Assembly (NCBI GenBank): GCA_001938485.1
Contig: MQRK01242333.1
Coordinates: 1 to 55,688, forward strand
Direction of reading: 5' to 3'
DNA length: 55,688 bases
From: Girardia tigrina
Lineage: Eukaryota
Shown in pieces: positions 23,536 to 38,105 of this stretch. The notes under the pieces are model-generated. The model made no database searches and had not been told where the DNA came from. It saw only the letters and a program-made list of their open reading frames with translations. The position numbers and the translations under genes are program-made. Each line of letters begins with the position of its first letter. Position 1 is the first letter of the stretch.

Positions 23536-25414
23536 TGAACTTATTGAGCTCAAAGAGATAACTGTGGACTCCACAGGGAGGAGTAGTGTTGATCCGTACT
23601 TTAAATCAACATTACTTGAATAATTTATAATTGGTATTGTGAAAGTTGTCATGATTGTAACAGCCCATTCATTGAAAAATGACTTTTATATATTGTAGAT
23701 TGAAATATATGCTTTATAGTTTACTGTATCGTTTCTCTTTTGAGTTAGTACAAAAGGTTTCTATCTTACCATGAATCTTATTAGCGGATGTTGTTGACGC
23801 TCATTTGTTTCATAAAATTATCATTGTAAATGTATCAATGTTTCTTGAATCTTCATCAACTGTTATAATTTGTTAAGAAAAGCATTTTTTAATGTCATTT
23901 CGGACAAAATGATAAAATTGTAAAATAAAAATTATTTATAAAGATATTATCGGATACAATTGATAAATGTTTATTTATTTAATTAAAGAATTAAGGAATT
24001 ATTTTTTTTAATTTAATCTTTTTACAAATTTAATTTTTTAATATAACAATATTAACGTACTTCTTAATCGAACTAAATATGTTGCTCAACTATGAACAAT
24101 GGTTACCGAAAATATTTTTATTGTTTTAAACTTTTTCTAATACTATTTATTTCAAAGCTACAGACATAAATGATTAATAAAACATAAAATAATGATAAGT
24201 TGAATATAAATAGACGCAAAAACTGACGACGGTGTTTCTCAGATTATAATTATTTATTCACATTATTTGAGACAAGCGATAAAATATGTTTTATGGTCGC
24301 AAAAGCCGAAATGGATTGCCTAGATTATGCGATTCATACCAAACCTGCATTTTCCCACCATAAAATGATACAGCACTTCCTTGCAAGACATGAAAAAAAA
24401 GTTTATTTTTTCAAATGATGTCTTCTGCATGAGGGATTTAACCTTAAATATCTTCGTTTATTTATTTTTGATATTACAAAATCTCACAGTTTCGTCTTCA
24501 AATATTGCTGCTCATATACCATTGGGCTTGCAAAACATGACTACTATAACTATTCGTTTTAGAATTTTCAAGTATTACTTAGCTCATGACTATCACACGG
24601 CAACTACATCATTGTTATAAGCTAAATATTGGTAACTATTTTGGTAAATATTTTTCTGTTAAATGTGATTTTGCATAATTCGGCAATCTTGTCTAAACAG
24701 AACATGGTTAAACAATTTAAAATGTTCTCATCTTATGTCACAATAAAATTTATCCTTGTTATCCTTGTTATAAATGTATTATGATTAAATTTTATGATTA
24801 AATTTTAATTAATCAAAACATTTTTGGTTATTGATATCATTTTTTTGCATTTTAGAACAGAACTACCTCTTGTAATGTAGATTGATTTTTTTGCGTAGAA
24901 CGGTAAAACTCATTTTTAGAAATGGACAGCTTGTAATCCACAAATCGTTTTCTATTTTTTTTGGGAGACTTCGTACTTTGATTGTAAAAAAAGAATTTTT
25001 ATGCTAATATTGTTCAGGAACTCCGAGAGGAATGCGTTGTTCCAATTTTGAGACCTTAAAAAGTTTTTTAAGCACAAATAATTACATAATCACTTATTGT
25101 TATCGAGTTAGAGTAAGTGTGCAAAGTTTGAAGAAAATTGATTGAGTAGACAGCCTTCAAAAATAGGATTCTAAAGTACATGGATATATATATATATATA
25201 TATAATTATATTTCTAAAATTATATTATATTACTCAAAAATATAAATTGATAAATCAATGAAGTCCAGTAAACATATTTTAAGTCTAACTAGTAAATCAA
25301 ATAAATATTTTATATCCATGCTTTATGTAGGCAAAACTCTGCTGGGTCAACAGAATTATTTTAATTTATATATTGTGTTTTTTTAATTTTTATAAATTAA
25401 ACAAATTAGCCATA

Positions 25415-25528
25415 ATAAGTGTGAGGAATATTTTAAATTTGGTGTGTTGAAATTGGTATGTTGAATTTTATATGTTGAGTTTAGTATTTGGAATGTGTTT
25501 CTCCCACCCAGATGGAAAATTGATATTT
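25415..25528 (-). repeat. Unclassified ~100-bp repeat, copy 3 (uninterrupted)
   Basis: Reverse complement: atatcaattttccatctgggtgggagaaacacattccaaa...(tcaacat)n...tttaaaatattcctcacactt. Confidence 0.8.
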
Positions 25529-26519
25529 TGGATGCTCACGATGAATAATTATTCGAGAATAATTTGCATTTTAAAGTACAGCATAAGATATTTAAAAAAA
25601 AACTGTGATTTAAAAATTTATTGTAAATAAAATCTAAACTCATAAACTAAACCTTTTATACTATTCTAGGAATATTTTTCTTGGAATAATTTTGATTATT
25701 TAACATTTTTCAATATTTATTTAAATAGTTATTGTAAATATCGATTAATGAGGATGATATAAGAAACCTTTATCAAATATTTTTAAATTAAGACTTTCAA
25801 GGGTCTTATATATTTTAAACGTATATTCTAAAACAATGATTAAATAAAGATTCAATATTTATTAATTAATTTGCAAAAATAGTTTTGGCTATATTAAAAG
25901 AAATATAAATAATAATAAAAATAATCCTTCTCGCATTAAACAGAGTAAATAATAAAAAATAGAATTATCTAATCTTATTAATAAAGATTTCCTAGAGAAA
26001 ATAATTATATTTAGATAATTTTCTTTCATCTAGATTTCCCAAACATATGTAATCTTTTATCGAATCTCAACCCTAAAGTAACATGGGAAATTTTTAATGC
26101 TCAAAATGAAAAAAAGTACATTTAAATAACTATTGCAAATTGTATGAAAATATAATAAAATAATTAATTAATATTTGTTTAAATAAGCTTAGGAAAGTGC
26201 AACTCGGTTTGTAACTCAATTGTAGTGTTGAAACAAACAAATAATATAAATATTTCGTAATATTAAAATTTTTTTCCGACTAAATTTAGTTCTGATAAAA
26301 TAAATAATAAAAATTCGAGCTTGAACAATTTCTAATTATAAAAGAAAATAAAAATTTATAATTAAATTTAATGATCAATTGGAAATTTTCTTGTGTATTA
26401 GATCGAAAAGAATCCAAAATTTATTTGAAAAATAACATATTGAAATGTAACAGAAATAATTTGATAAATAAAACATGTATATATTATTTTTAATGTTCTT
26501 CGAGAATCAAAGAGTCAAC

Positions 26520-26990
26520 TAGAATTCCACAGTTCCATACTTCGGTGACGTCAATTCTCACTGCGTTCGGTAATGTCAAACTCCTATGATGTCATGTCTC
26601 ATGACATCACTTGAGTTCAAATTCAGGTGATTTCATATGTCTTGACATCACCGGAATATGCAATTACATGAACTGATCCCCGTGCATATTGCACGATATT
26701 GTCTAAATATCAAAGGGGATAACTATATCATTTTGGTCGATGTCGAATAATGACGATTTCGATGATTCTTACAAGGAATTTCGTAAAAATTGAGATAACT
26801 CTGCATAGTCCGCATCGAGACGGTTCTGTTTATACAGCACCTTAGCTGAAAGGCGCCGGGAGCAAACTTAATTGATTTACTGTAAAATCAACACATTATT
26901 TGAAATAATAAATTATAATAATTATTATTAAAAATTAAAACAAAGTCGAAAATTCAGCTCACCCTTCATATACGACGGTTCTTTTTCTAG
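26520..26990 (+). mobile_element. Helitron-like 3' end and GC-richer interior
   Basis: acccttcatatacgacggttctttttCTAG|t resembles the hairpin ends at 540 and 14865. The 5' boundary is unresolved. Confidence 0.5.
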
Positions 26991-27680
26991 TATTATATAT
27001 TATATTTTTGGTGAATTTGAGGCTCTGTTTTAATAATTATAACAGATTATGTCAATTTTAATCAATTTCTACAACAAAAGTTTTTTACTTAGTTAATCTG
27101 TTTAATTTATTGTAATTTTTCGTTGGGTATTTTTTCTCATATTCTCTATGTAAGCTCATGACTTGACATTCACGTTAAAACTAATTTATATATTTATAAC
27201 TTTTTATTAAGCACTTTTTATTAAGCACTTTTTAAGCACTTTTCATATACCTTCACTGTATATCATCTTGTCAAGAATGGGCCATTTACTTTTGCCTATA
27301 TCTCAGCATTTAGACCACATAGAAACTTCAAATTTTCACNNNNNNNNNNNNNNNNNNNNNNNNNNNNNNNNNNNNNNNNNNNNNNNNNNAAAAATTAAAA
27401 CAAAGTCGAAAATTCAGCTCACCCTTCATATACGACGGTTCTTTTTCTAGTATTATATATTATATTTTTGGTGAATTTGAGGCTCTGTTTTAATAATTAT
27501 AACAGATTTTGTCAATTTTAACCAATTTCTAAAGCAAAAGTTTTTTACTTAGTTTAATTTATTTTTTAAATCTGTTTAATTTATTGTAATTTTTCGTTGG
27601 GTATTTTTTCTCATATTCTCTATGTAAGCTCATGACTTGACATTCACGTTAAAACTAATTTATATATTTATAACTTTTTT
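26930..27680. repeat. Near-identical duplication across an N gap (26930-27205 vs 27390-27680)
   Basis: The sequence right of the gap repeats the sequence left of it with a few SNPs/indels; likely an uncollapsed allelic overlap. Confidence 0.85.
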
Positions 27681-29099
27681 TTAATTTATAATAATTACTG
27701 TCTATTCTTATTGTAGTATGGTAAGTGAAATTATTCTACAATAATAATACAACTAATTTATTTAGAATAATTGTTATTTTCTTGTAATTTTATAATTATT
27801 TTTGTCCAAATTATATTTTTAATTAAAAAGTAAATAATTAGTTTATTAGCTTAAGCGCTAATTATTAAATTGTAATAAATCATCAAGCAAATGCAAGCAA
27901 TAAAAGCATTATAAAAAGAACATATTATTGTGTCTAAATTAATTTGTGTTTTTATTAATGTTTTTTACATTTTGTTTCAACATCTTCTATTCGATAAAAA
28001 TAAATATTACTAAAAATAATTATTGTTACTGGCAAAAGTAATTGTATATTTATATTTTTCTTTGAAACATTATCGGTTTACCTAAACATTGAAAGTTAAA
28101 AATCTTTTAAATAGCAATCGCATAATAAATTACCGCAACAAAACAGGTAAAATTCTTGTATACGCTTTTAGAACAGAAAATATTTTCCCTTCATCAGATT
28201 CTATGATGTTGAGGATTTTATTCGATCATATTACTTTTGGCCTTCAAAACGTCTTTTTATTTGAGAAAATTAAATTAAATATAACAAATATTCAGAATAT
28301 TCAGGATTTTGTAACCGACAAACATTTCTTAATTCGCTATATTTACGATATAGATATATAAATAAATAACTATATAAAATTAAATATATGATGTTTCATT
28401 GAAATACAATGCAGAACATATTCCATCGAACGCAAAGCAATATTAATATTGATGAGTCCAAGTAAATTTAGGGAAATGAGTTTGAGACAAAAATAGTTTA
28501 AAGTGTATTCTTCAGATTGATTTAATTATTGTGTCATTATCCTTTTAAGATAATTTTGTATAATATAATAAAAGATTAGTTTTCTATTTTGCATTAATTG
28601 TTTCATAAACAAGAAATGATATCAGAAAAATTCTAAACAATTTTCTAATTAAAATTACAAAACTAACTTGAAATGAATTGTAAAAAGTAATTGTAAGAAA
28701 CAGTTCTGATCAAAGTTTATGGCAATTAGTTAAATTAAAAAGGTCATAATGTATTGTTTCGGATTTAAATCATAAATTATCTATCGTTTTATTTATTTAA
28801 AAAACATCTCTCTCTTTGCCCAAAGACGATTCAAATCGACATTTTCCCGTTATATTTGAATGACAATCGTGGAAATATTATCATAGAAATATTATTGCCA
28901 TATTGATGATATATAAAATATATAAATACAAGATATAATTCAATAAAGAACAAGAAAATAGAATAAAAATTTAAATTAAAATGATGAGTTTGAATTTGAA
29001 ATAAATACAGTTCATTTATGATTTAATTTTTTATGTAACTCTGTGTATTGTTTGAGAACCGATTATTATAATTAATTTCATTGGTTGAATGAAATAGCT

Positions 29100-29430
29100 T
29101 GCTCTGATTAGTTAACCAATCAAAAAGAGCCTTGTGAGAGGACCAAAATAACTAATGGTATCAAATCATTTTTTTATTTACTAAAGTTTTTTTGAACCGA
29201 TTTAAAACTGATTTCAAACGAATTAAATTGTTGATTATTTTGTTGCGATATTTTGCTGAGATGAATTTTGTTGAATGGTTTTACTGAAACGAATTTCGTC
29301 CACTATTTTGCTAAAACGTAATTTTGTTGTATAATTAAACAAAAATTGTTTGAGGAATATATACTTGAATTTTAATAAATTTCGCTTACAATTTATTTTT
29401 GTTTAATTTTTGTGAACGAGATTTTTAAAT
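29100..29430. mobile_element. MULE-like terminal region with paired CCAAT palindrome
   Basis: ctctgattagttaaccaatca followed by ~15-bp periodic attttg(c/t)tga units; mirrors the arrangement at 50899-51355. Confidence 0.35.
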
Positions 29431-29829
29431 TTTCATTTTGAAAGACTCGGTTTTGTTTTATTTATCTATTAATCTGAATTATGTTTAACGATTAACAATA
29501 AAATAAAATACTATATCACTCGAGCCGAAAAAATTATGAGAAATTTGAATAAACATTTATCTTTTCCCAGTCCGAACAGCAGCAACGCCTAATACGTCAC
29601 ATGGTAGTCTCTAGGAAAACCTGGGAAAGTATCATACAATATGTATAACGTTATTTAAAAATATTTCAGTAAAACATGCTTTCATAAGGTGTTTATTACG
29701 AAATGGAGTAAATTTCCTATATTTTATATCAATAGCGTATAATTTTATATTATTGCCATAATTTGATGTAACATTTTTAAAGGTTACTAGTTTAGAAATG
29801 AAAAAGAATATTTATTCTGACAATATTTA

Positions 29830-30300
29830 TTTTTCAACACGTGTACGAGTGACAAAACAGTAATCAGAAAAATTTGTGTTTGATGAAATATTAATTTCAT
29901 CATGGATCTTAAACAAAACATGGATTCGATAATAAATAGCATTATATTCCCAAAAGAACATCATCATACCTCCCTGGCAAAAAAATATAGTTATAAAAAT
30001 TTTTAACTACCCAATGAACCTACCCAATAGATCGCTTCTCATGCTCTGACATGATAACCCTACAACGGACAAATGGCCGTTGAAAAGTTATAGCTGTTGG
30101 ACTTTAAATTATCAGACATTACCAAATTTGTAAGACTTTACATCCACAGATTATTACTTTCCCAATTAAAAAAATTATGTTTCACAAAAACAATTAATTC
30201 AAAGAAGATTTAAAAACAGTTCATTTAATAAATATTCTTCTAAAACAAGTTAAATGGTAATAGCTTAATTATAGTATGAGTGAATATTTAGAATAAAAGC
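29830..30300 (+). mobile_element. Highly degenerate mariner transposase C-terminal half
   Basis: HDNP (HDNARPH-like), DFTSTDYYF (DLAPSDYHLF-like), terminal KW..LNYSMSEYLE* (RWxKxxxxxGEY-like). Confidence 0.55.
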
Positions 30301-30719
30301 ATAACGCTTTTCAAAAAAATAAGTTTTATTTTTATTAAAATTTTTTTAATTGCAATCTTATATTAATCTTATACACATTTTTATCTTACAAGATAGAAGG
30401 TATCTCTATTCAAATAACAACTTAAAAAAGAATAAAAAATCATTTACGTTTGATATAAACGAGTTAACAATCTTTAACGTTGTCTAACTAATTTGCATAA
30501 AATAAATAATTACAAAAATAATAGTTGAAATTATTTTTTACAAAAATAGTTTAATTATCACGTTTGACGCCGTCGGATTTTCGAAAGAATTTTAATTTAT
30601 AATTCAACTTAGTTATCTAAATTATAAAATTCTTAATAAAAATATCTGTTATTATGATATGAATATTTTATATTAATTTTTGATTTTCATTAATTTTTTG
30701 TTTTTTGTAATGAATCTTT

Positions 30720-32870
30720 GAAAAACTCTATTTGGATCCAGCTTTGAGGTACAAGGTTAAAGGATTTTATGGTCCATTAATGTCATTAAATAAAAATATT
30801 CCAATAAATTTATTGTTTTTATGTCTGCATTGAACAAAGTTTGTGATATGAGTCGCATTACATCTTGCATTTGTTGTGTTGAGCTTCTTTCCAATTTCTT
30901 GTAGTATAAACACATGCTCACATAATCTTGAAATTGCAAAGTATCAATAAATTGATATGTTACATCGTCTTGTACTTCATTGTTTTTTCTTCGGAAAGTG
31001 TTTACAGCAAATTAGGTTAAAATTTCTGTCCAACTTAAATACTGATGTATAAAACTAAGTTAACAGGTCAACCATAATTTGGCTACTAATCAGCCTATTT
31101 TTTACTAAAAAAATAACTAAAAGAAAAGTAATAAGAAGAAATTGTATTACATATAAAAAACTAAATTGTATATATATATAAAGAAAATAAAGGCCTGTTT
31201 GAGTAGAATCTTCCTTCAGTAATGATTCCAAATCTTCATCTTCGAATCTTTTTGGTTTACCGGAACGCTCTTTGTCACTTACGTCGAAATCTTCACTTTT
31301 GAAACGTTTATACCAGTTCTCGCAAGTCTGTTGAGTTGGTGCATGTTGGCCATAAGTTTCTTCAAGAAGCCGAAAACTGTCTGCAGCTTTTTTCTTTTGA
31401 TTAAAGCAAAACAGTAGTGCTTCTCGCAAATGCTGTTTTGTTGGTATGTAAGTTGTCATGCTAAAACTTGATTAAAAATATGTTTATGACGCATTTAATG
31501 TCAATGACCTACTTAATTTTAAAGCCTCGATTTCAGCACTTTAAAAATCTGTACGTACGACTGTAAAATAATGCTTATTACAAAGGTTACACCATCTCTT
31601 AGAAAATCCAAAAAACTAAGTTGTACACCTAATATATGTGTGATAAAGGAAAAGAATTTAATGATGATGCAAATGGTGAAGCAACAGGAAATGAATCCAT
31701 TTATGAAGACCCAAAAGAAATGTATTCGGAAAAATTGCTAATTTTGATAAAATGAAAAAAAAGTAGGAAAAGAAAAGAATTTTGGTTATTTCACCTGATG
31801 GAAATTGAATGTTTTCTATGTTAGTTATCCTTAAGGAGCAATCTTGAAACCTTTTTGAACATGTAAATATAATATAAATCATTATAATATCAAATATTCA
31901 CAATAAATGCTCTAAATCAGGAAATATGAAAAGATCATTAGAAATCATGATTATCCAGTATTTATATTTAAATGTGCAGGAAAATTCTTTGCTTCCCCTT
32001 GACTCTTGAAATTGTTGCAAAGACACTGATATTATCAATTATGTTGTCTCAGAACAAACAAGATAAAATAATGATGGTACCACCCAAAGTTGTTGAATTT
32101 CTTAAACTCATGGGAAATGTTTATTTGCATTTACAAGGCATTCCATCAATCCTTTTTTTTCATGCCTTTCTTAATTTTATTAATATTATATCTCAAAGAA
32201 TAAAACTTTTTAAATTAACTTACTCAATACATAAATTGATTTTTATCACCAAAATATAAAAAGCGTGATAAAGTTCTTTAAGTGTTCTAGAGGATATTTT
32301 GAAAGACCCCCAAAATATATTAATGCCAATCAGTTATATTTATTACCTTCAAATATTTTTTTCATAAAAATTTCTTTATTATGTCACTGGTGGAAAAATG
32401 TGTTTTTTAATCATTTTTATACGAAATACAATAAAAATTGAAATAACATAGAAGCTTTGAGTGTATACATATTTTCAAATACTTACACATTTTGTCTTTG
32501 TACATATTAGCAAAAGTAATATTAACATTGTTAGATGCTGTTGGTACATCTTTGGAATAAATAGAAACTGATATTTTTTTAAATTCATACATATCACATT
32601 CTTACTATAAAGGTTGATAAATATACAATCTTTCTTATCAAAATTTTAATATAACTTACCACATTTTCGAAACTAAAAATTTTCATTAATATGAGCAACT
32701 GTTTATCTAATTATGTGATTTATTTTGTTAATATTTTGAAAAACTGGTAGTACAATTTCCATCACTACCAATCTTCCGACTTGTAGAATGTCGCACTCGG
32801 TGTTCGAATGAGCATACCAATTTGGACATAAGTTGGACATATTTTTTTAAATTCATACATATCACCATTA
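30720..32870 (-). pseudogene. Decayed multi-exon gene of unknown product, interrupted by a mariner
   Basis: Short GT-AG intron-like segments on the minus strand (gtaagt donors near 32659 and 32484; tatag, ccaccag, ctctag acceptors) separate protein-like reading frames with scattered stops. Confidence 0.35.
31196..31632 (-). mobile_element. 5' portion of a Mos1-like mariner (3'-truncated)
   Basis: TA-ttaggtgtacaacttag TIR. ORF MTTYIPTKQHLREALLFCFNQKKKAADSFRLL...WYKRFKSEDFDVSDKERSGKPKRFEDEDLESLLKEDSTQT, after which homology stops. Confidence 0.93.
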
Positions 32871-34540
32871 AACCAATAAATATAAAAATAATAAAACTGC
32901 TTTGTAAAAAGAAATATTAAAATGTATTTTATCTTATAAATGAATAAATATTTTTGAAGGAAATTATAATATTAATAGACTTTCAATGATAATGCTTAAT
33001 TTCTGTTCAAATAATTAGACAAAAAGAGAAACAAAAACTAAATCAATAAATTTAATTAATAAATATTATTAAACTATGTTAATGCTCTTAAAAAATAATA
33101 AAGTTAATATATTTAACAAGGAAAATCTACAGTCAGGATTTAATATATACTTGTGATAGAATGACGGTTATATTCGTAATTATAACATTACATCAATCCT
33201 AAAAGCGCCAAATTTCAAAATTATTTGGATTACAATATTCAAACAAATAAAAAGTCAATTTAATATAGAATTTTAATAAAAATAAAAAAGTTAATATATC
33301 ATCTCCTTATGGTATTTCTCGATTAATATCGTCTTTCCTTCTTATGTGTTCTTAAACCAAACTTGAAGATAAACTTAATAATCAATCTAAAGAAATAATT
33401 TGCTTTCCACTGTTCTAACATGATTATATTTGATTATTCTTTTAAGAATTTTTGAATTGATTCATATAGCAATTCTTATGTAAAATTATATAAAATCCTT
33501 TTTTGAATAAATTGTCAAAGATATTTCGTTATAACATTTTCTATTTGTTTTTTCTCTGAATTTTGTTTTCATTTTTTACCTCTGATATAAGGTGGAGCGG
33601 AAAAATTGATAATTGATCGAACATTTTGCCAATGTTAGGGAAAATATATTAAATTAAAATATATTAAATAATATAAATAATTAACTGACAAAAATGATTA
33701 ATTAAATCAACTTAATTTAAATAAAGTAAAAAAATAATTAAGTAAATTAAATTAAATAAGATTAAATAATTAAATAAAAATATATATATTGAATTAAAAT
33801 TAATATAAATAATAAAACCATCACTTTCACATGGTTTCGTGATGGTATTTCTATTTGGGTTAGCAATAATCAATAAATTCGGTTCGTTCTGGTTTGAATA
33901 ATGAATTGTTTTCAAAATAAAAAAAATATAACTTTTGTTAAATAATCACAAGTAGTTGCGTCATTTTTTGTTCGTTTAAATGGATCGATCGACTGCGTGT
34001 TGAAATCAGTATGTATGTGTGCTAATACAATTGTTGAATGTGAAATATTTGCATGCGTATAAAAGAAAATTTTGATTGTTTGTGCGAAAATGTTGTATTG
34101 TAACAAAATTTGTCACAATTAATGAAAATGTCAATTAACAATTACAATTACAATGTTTTGTGTATAAAAAAAGGTAATTTATTGAAAAAAAGTGTTTAAA
34201 AAGTGTTCAATGTTGTGTTCAAAAAATTAAATCAATGTCCAGTGTGGAAAAAATGTGTACAAAAGAAAATTCGTCAATTGTTATAAAAATGTTGTCACAA
34301 TTAAAATAAGTTAAAATGTCTTTCTTTGTTGATTTGATCTCAGAATTTGAAGATTTGAGCCAGGAAATAAATAAAAAAAACATATATGTCGTTTGATACC
34401 GATGAAATGTTTATTGGAGCTCACATTTCAGTTTAAAACGTATTGAGGAAAGTGTTTTCTAACGCAGAATTGTTTGCTCTCTTTATCAGAATTAAGTAAC
34501 ATAAAAGCTTAAGTTCTTTCTGGATCTCGGTCTAATTTTG

Positions 34541-34662
34541 AGGCCCGGTTTCCGGAACAAAAGGTTTTCGATAACTGTATTACCGAAACAAGTATCACCG
34601 GTATTTTGAAAGAAAATTAACTTCCGTAATACAGGTATTATGGAGTTTGAAAACCGATATTA
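34541..34662. mobile_element. hAT-like subterminal fragment
   Basis: Cluster of (aat)accggtatt-like repeats. Confidence 0.35.
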
Positions 34663-35090
34663 AAATTAAGAATTAAAAGCTTTAATCCAAATACAATATT
34701 TACACTCTTTATTTCTGAAATTATTATTATTTAATTAATTTTTAATAAACTTTATTTTAATTAGATTTGTTATAATAATTTAAATATTTTTTATTTACAA
34801 TTTTAAATAGGTTAATAATTTATTTGTTTAATTTTAATATTTTTCTATTTAGAATTTAAACATTTTTATATTTCTAATTAAAATAAATAGTATTTGCTCA
34901 GTCAAGGAATAAGTATTCAATAGTGGTGTGGCGTAAAACTATCTATTTTTACTTTTTATTTGTAGGGGTTACGTATTGCGTTTAACTAATGACTGTTAGT
35001 AAATAAAAATGATATTTTTTAATATAACACACATATATATATACGAATTTTCTAACAAAGAATAAAAATAATCAAGTGGGTTAATTTACA

Positions 35091-35749
35091 AATAAATAAG
35101 CTGGTTGTTCCGCCCGGACCCAAGTTGGGATTATCAATCGGGTGATGGTAACAGAGTTGCGCGACAAATGAAATTGTGGAAGCTTTGATGTTGAATGCTG
35201 GACAATAGAAGCATTAGTTCACCAAAATTGTGTTTTCCGCTCCTTCGACTTGTCTTCAGCAATTTGAATCATTCAGAATAAATATGCCAGGATGATCATT
35301 ACTCAGATAACATTTGTTAGATATTTCCTTGAATATTGTTCGTTTGGTCAGACCAAGCTTTTTNTATATATATATATACGAATTTTTTAACAAAGAATAA
35401 AAATAATCAAGTGGATTAATTTACAAATAAATAAGCTGGTTGTTCCGCCCGGACCCAAGTTGGGATTATCAATCGGGTGATGGTAGCAGAGTTGCGCGAC
35501 AAATGAAATTGTGGAAGCTTTGATGTTGAATGCTGGACAATAGAAGCATTAGTTCACCAAAATTTTGTTTTCCGCTCCTTCGACTTGTCTTCAGCAATTT
35601 GAATCGTTCAGAATAAATATGCCAGGATGATCATTACTCAGATAACATTTGTTAGATATTTCCTCGAATATTGTTCATTTGGTCAGACCAAGCTTTTTAA
35701 ATGCAGTTCTAATGATAAAGGTCTCCACGTTGAACGAACAAATTCTCAT
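35091..35749 (-). mobile_element. Degenerate non-LTR retrotransposon 5' region (AP-endonuclease start), duplicated across a single N
   Basis: MRICSFNVET matches the APE first strand (xRIxxxNV). 35031-35363 is repeated almost identically at 35365-35697. Confidence 0.5.
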
Positions 35750-37622
35750 GATAAAGGGTTTTCACCGATGATGTTCTATGATGCAGTATAATATATATTC
35801 ACGAGCGCAATATAGAACAGCATGGGAAAGTCTAATCGAAGGGAATCATAACATTTACAAATTTGTCTCAGTTTCCGTTTCAATTGTTCAAATTTTTAGA
35901 ATAAATCAGGTTCATCAATACATCAATATTCTATCGACCTTCGTAAACCATAATTTAAAACTAAGTTATCATACGATAACGATCTCAATAGCTCAGAATC
36001 CATGTCCTTCAGCGGGTTTATTCTGAACAATAGAAAAATTCTCTTAATAGAAAAGAATAAAAAAATTGTTTATTTTTCTTAAATTTCAATTTTACATTTC
36101 ATTCACAGAAAATCAATAAAACTCTCAACACATTCGCTCACACTTTCAACTCGACTAAATCGATTTTTTTCCAACCGCACAATCAACATACTATATATCC
36201 TAATGCCCAATATACAATAGTTTCAAATTCCCAAATAGTTTTTTGTAAACTATGCAAATAGTTTTAAATCTTCAATAAAAAGCTGAGGACAACTTTATCA
36301 AAATATATTATTGAATTGGAGGAACATTTAAATCCAGTGGAAAAAAATTTAAAAAAAATTAAATTCCAGTTCAAATCATTAACAGTCCAGAGACAGCGCA
36401 GCCATCTGAATCAGACAATTTGTCAACTGCATTTGATGATTCAAAGAAAAATTTCTTCAACTGAAAGTGCTGTAGCTGAAAGGCCCCAACAAAATATAAA
36501 AATATCGATTATATTAAATATGATTACATTAATATCATTTTGGTAAATAAAAATAAATTATCGAACAGTGCATAAGAATATTTTTTCGCTATAACTTAAA
36601 TATAAATTAATAAAAGATTTCCTAGAAGGATTACTTTTCTTTTTGGAATGCGTTTTTACCTTCAGTTATTTGTGTAAAAATATTTATTAGTTAAGTTTTC
36701 CCATCTAAATAAAGAAATTTGTAATTATCAAATTGAATTACAATTTCTTACGAAAAAAATAAATAATTTTAACAGATCAAATTACTTCGCAGACGACGAA
36801 AAGTTTCGTTTCTCTCGTGCAATAAAAACTTATTCAGTTTTGTTTACATTTTTTCAAATATACATATTTTATTTATTAGAATTAATTATGCTTAATCGCA
36901 TTTGATTATATTATTATTATAATGTTTTTTTAAGTATTAATAATAATCAAAAATTATATTAAATATTACTTTATCTATTAATTTATTTTTTTTAAATTCT
37001 TTTTTGGGAATTACAACTTTTTATTATTATTTTTTAGATAATTAAAACTGGAAGTATTCTTTTTATAAAATAACTAATAATTTAAGTATTCCATTTTTTT
37101 GCTTTTATAATAAATTTTTATTAATAAATTGATGTCTTTTATGAATAAAACTGCAACACATCATTAGCAAAGATTCATAATTTATACTTTTTTTTAACTT
37201 TTACTTTGTAAAGTTTATACGATATATTTTTTTGCTAGACCGTATGCTTTATTGTCTAAAACATTTTTAAAAAACATTATAAAGTCTTTTACAATCTAAT
37301 ATTAAGTCATGGTATTCCAATTTTCAGTTTTTAATTTTCTTTAACAATACAGTGTTTTTTATTCCTTTATGTTAGTGAATCTTTTTTCACTGATTCGATT
37401 AAAATTTACCAAAATATATAATAATTAACTAAGACACAGACGCAAACTAATTTTAGAGAAACTTTAAAATAAGGCATTTCCCAAAAATATAAATTACATC
37501 AAGATAGATAATAAATTTGTAATACAAATGTAGTTTCACAATTTAACTTCTTGAATTTTATTCGTAAATTTGAGTGAAATTTTATTGTCGAAAACGATCT
37601 CGATCGTTTTCGAAGAAGCTGC

Positions 37623-38105
37623 GGAGGAACAAGAATAAACAACCTGCGATTTCCTGATGACTAAGACCTAATCAATAAAGATGAGACAGAGATTCAAGAA
37701 CTTACAAATAGATTTCACAAAGTGTCAAAGAAATTTTGAATGGAAATCAGCAGATAAAAACCAAAATAATGGTTTCTGGAAGCCATAACAACGAGGTTAA
37801 ACTCGAGATTGACATTTAACGAGAAAAACTGAAACAAGTTAAGAGTTTCAAATACTTAGGCTCAACTATCACAGAGAATGGGAGAACTTAAGAAGAAATA
37901 ATAAGTCGAATTGGTATTACTAGAAACGCAATTATTAAGCTTAGCACAGTTTTTAACCTCAAGAGCAGAATAAAGATCACTAAGGCATTTGTCTGTGGAA
38001 TACTTCTCTATGGATGCGATAGTTGGACAATAAATCCGAAGAGCATGGATAGACTTAAAGCGTTTGAAATGAAGTGCTATATTAGAATGTTGATAATCAT
38101 GGTGG
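37623..38105 (+). mobile_element. RTE-type LINE reverse transcriptase fragment (pseudogenic)
   Basis: GGTRINNLRFPDD, KTKIMV, QVKSFKYLGSTI, EIISRIG, ILLYGCDSWT, LKAFEMKCYIRML; multiple stops. Confidence 0.92.

Noticed and set aside
26930-27680. Apparent tandem duplication including a Helitron end
   Set aside because: The second copy starts exactly at an N gap and differs by few SNPs/indels; most likely uncollapsed haplotypes. The same applies to 35031-35697 and 52905-53900.
28160-28202. Minus-strand ctgatgaaggg...aaaagcgt hammerhead-like string
   Set aside because: The GAAA box is mutated and there is no convincing stem I.
36280-36315. ctgagga...aaaatatatt hammerhead-like string
   Set aside because: No stem I or II pairing, and G12 is missing.
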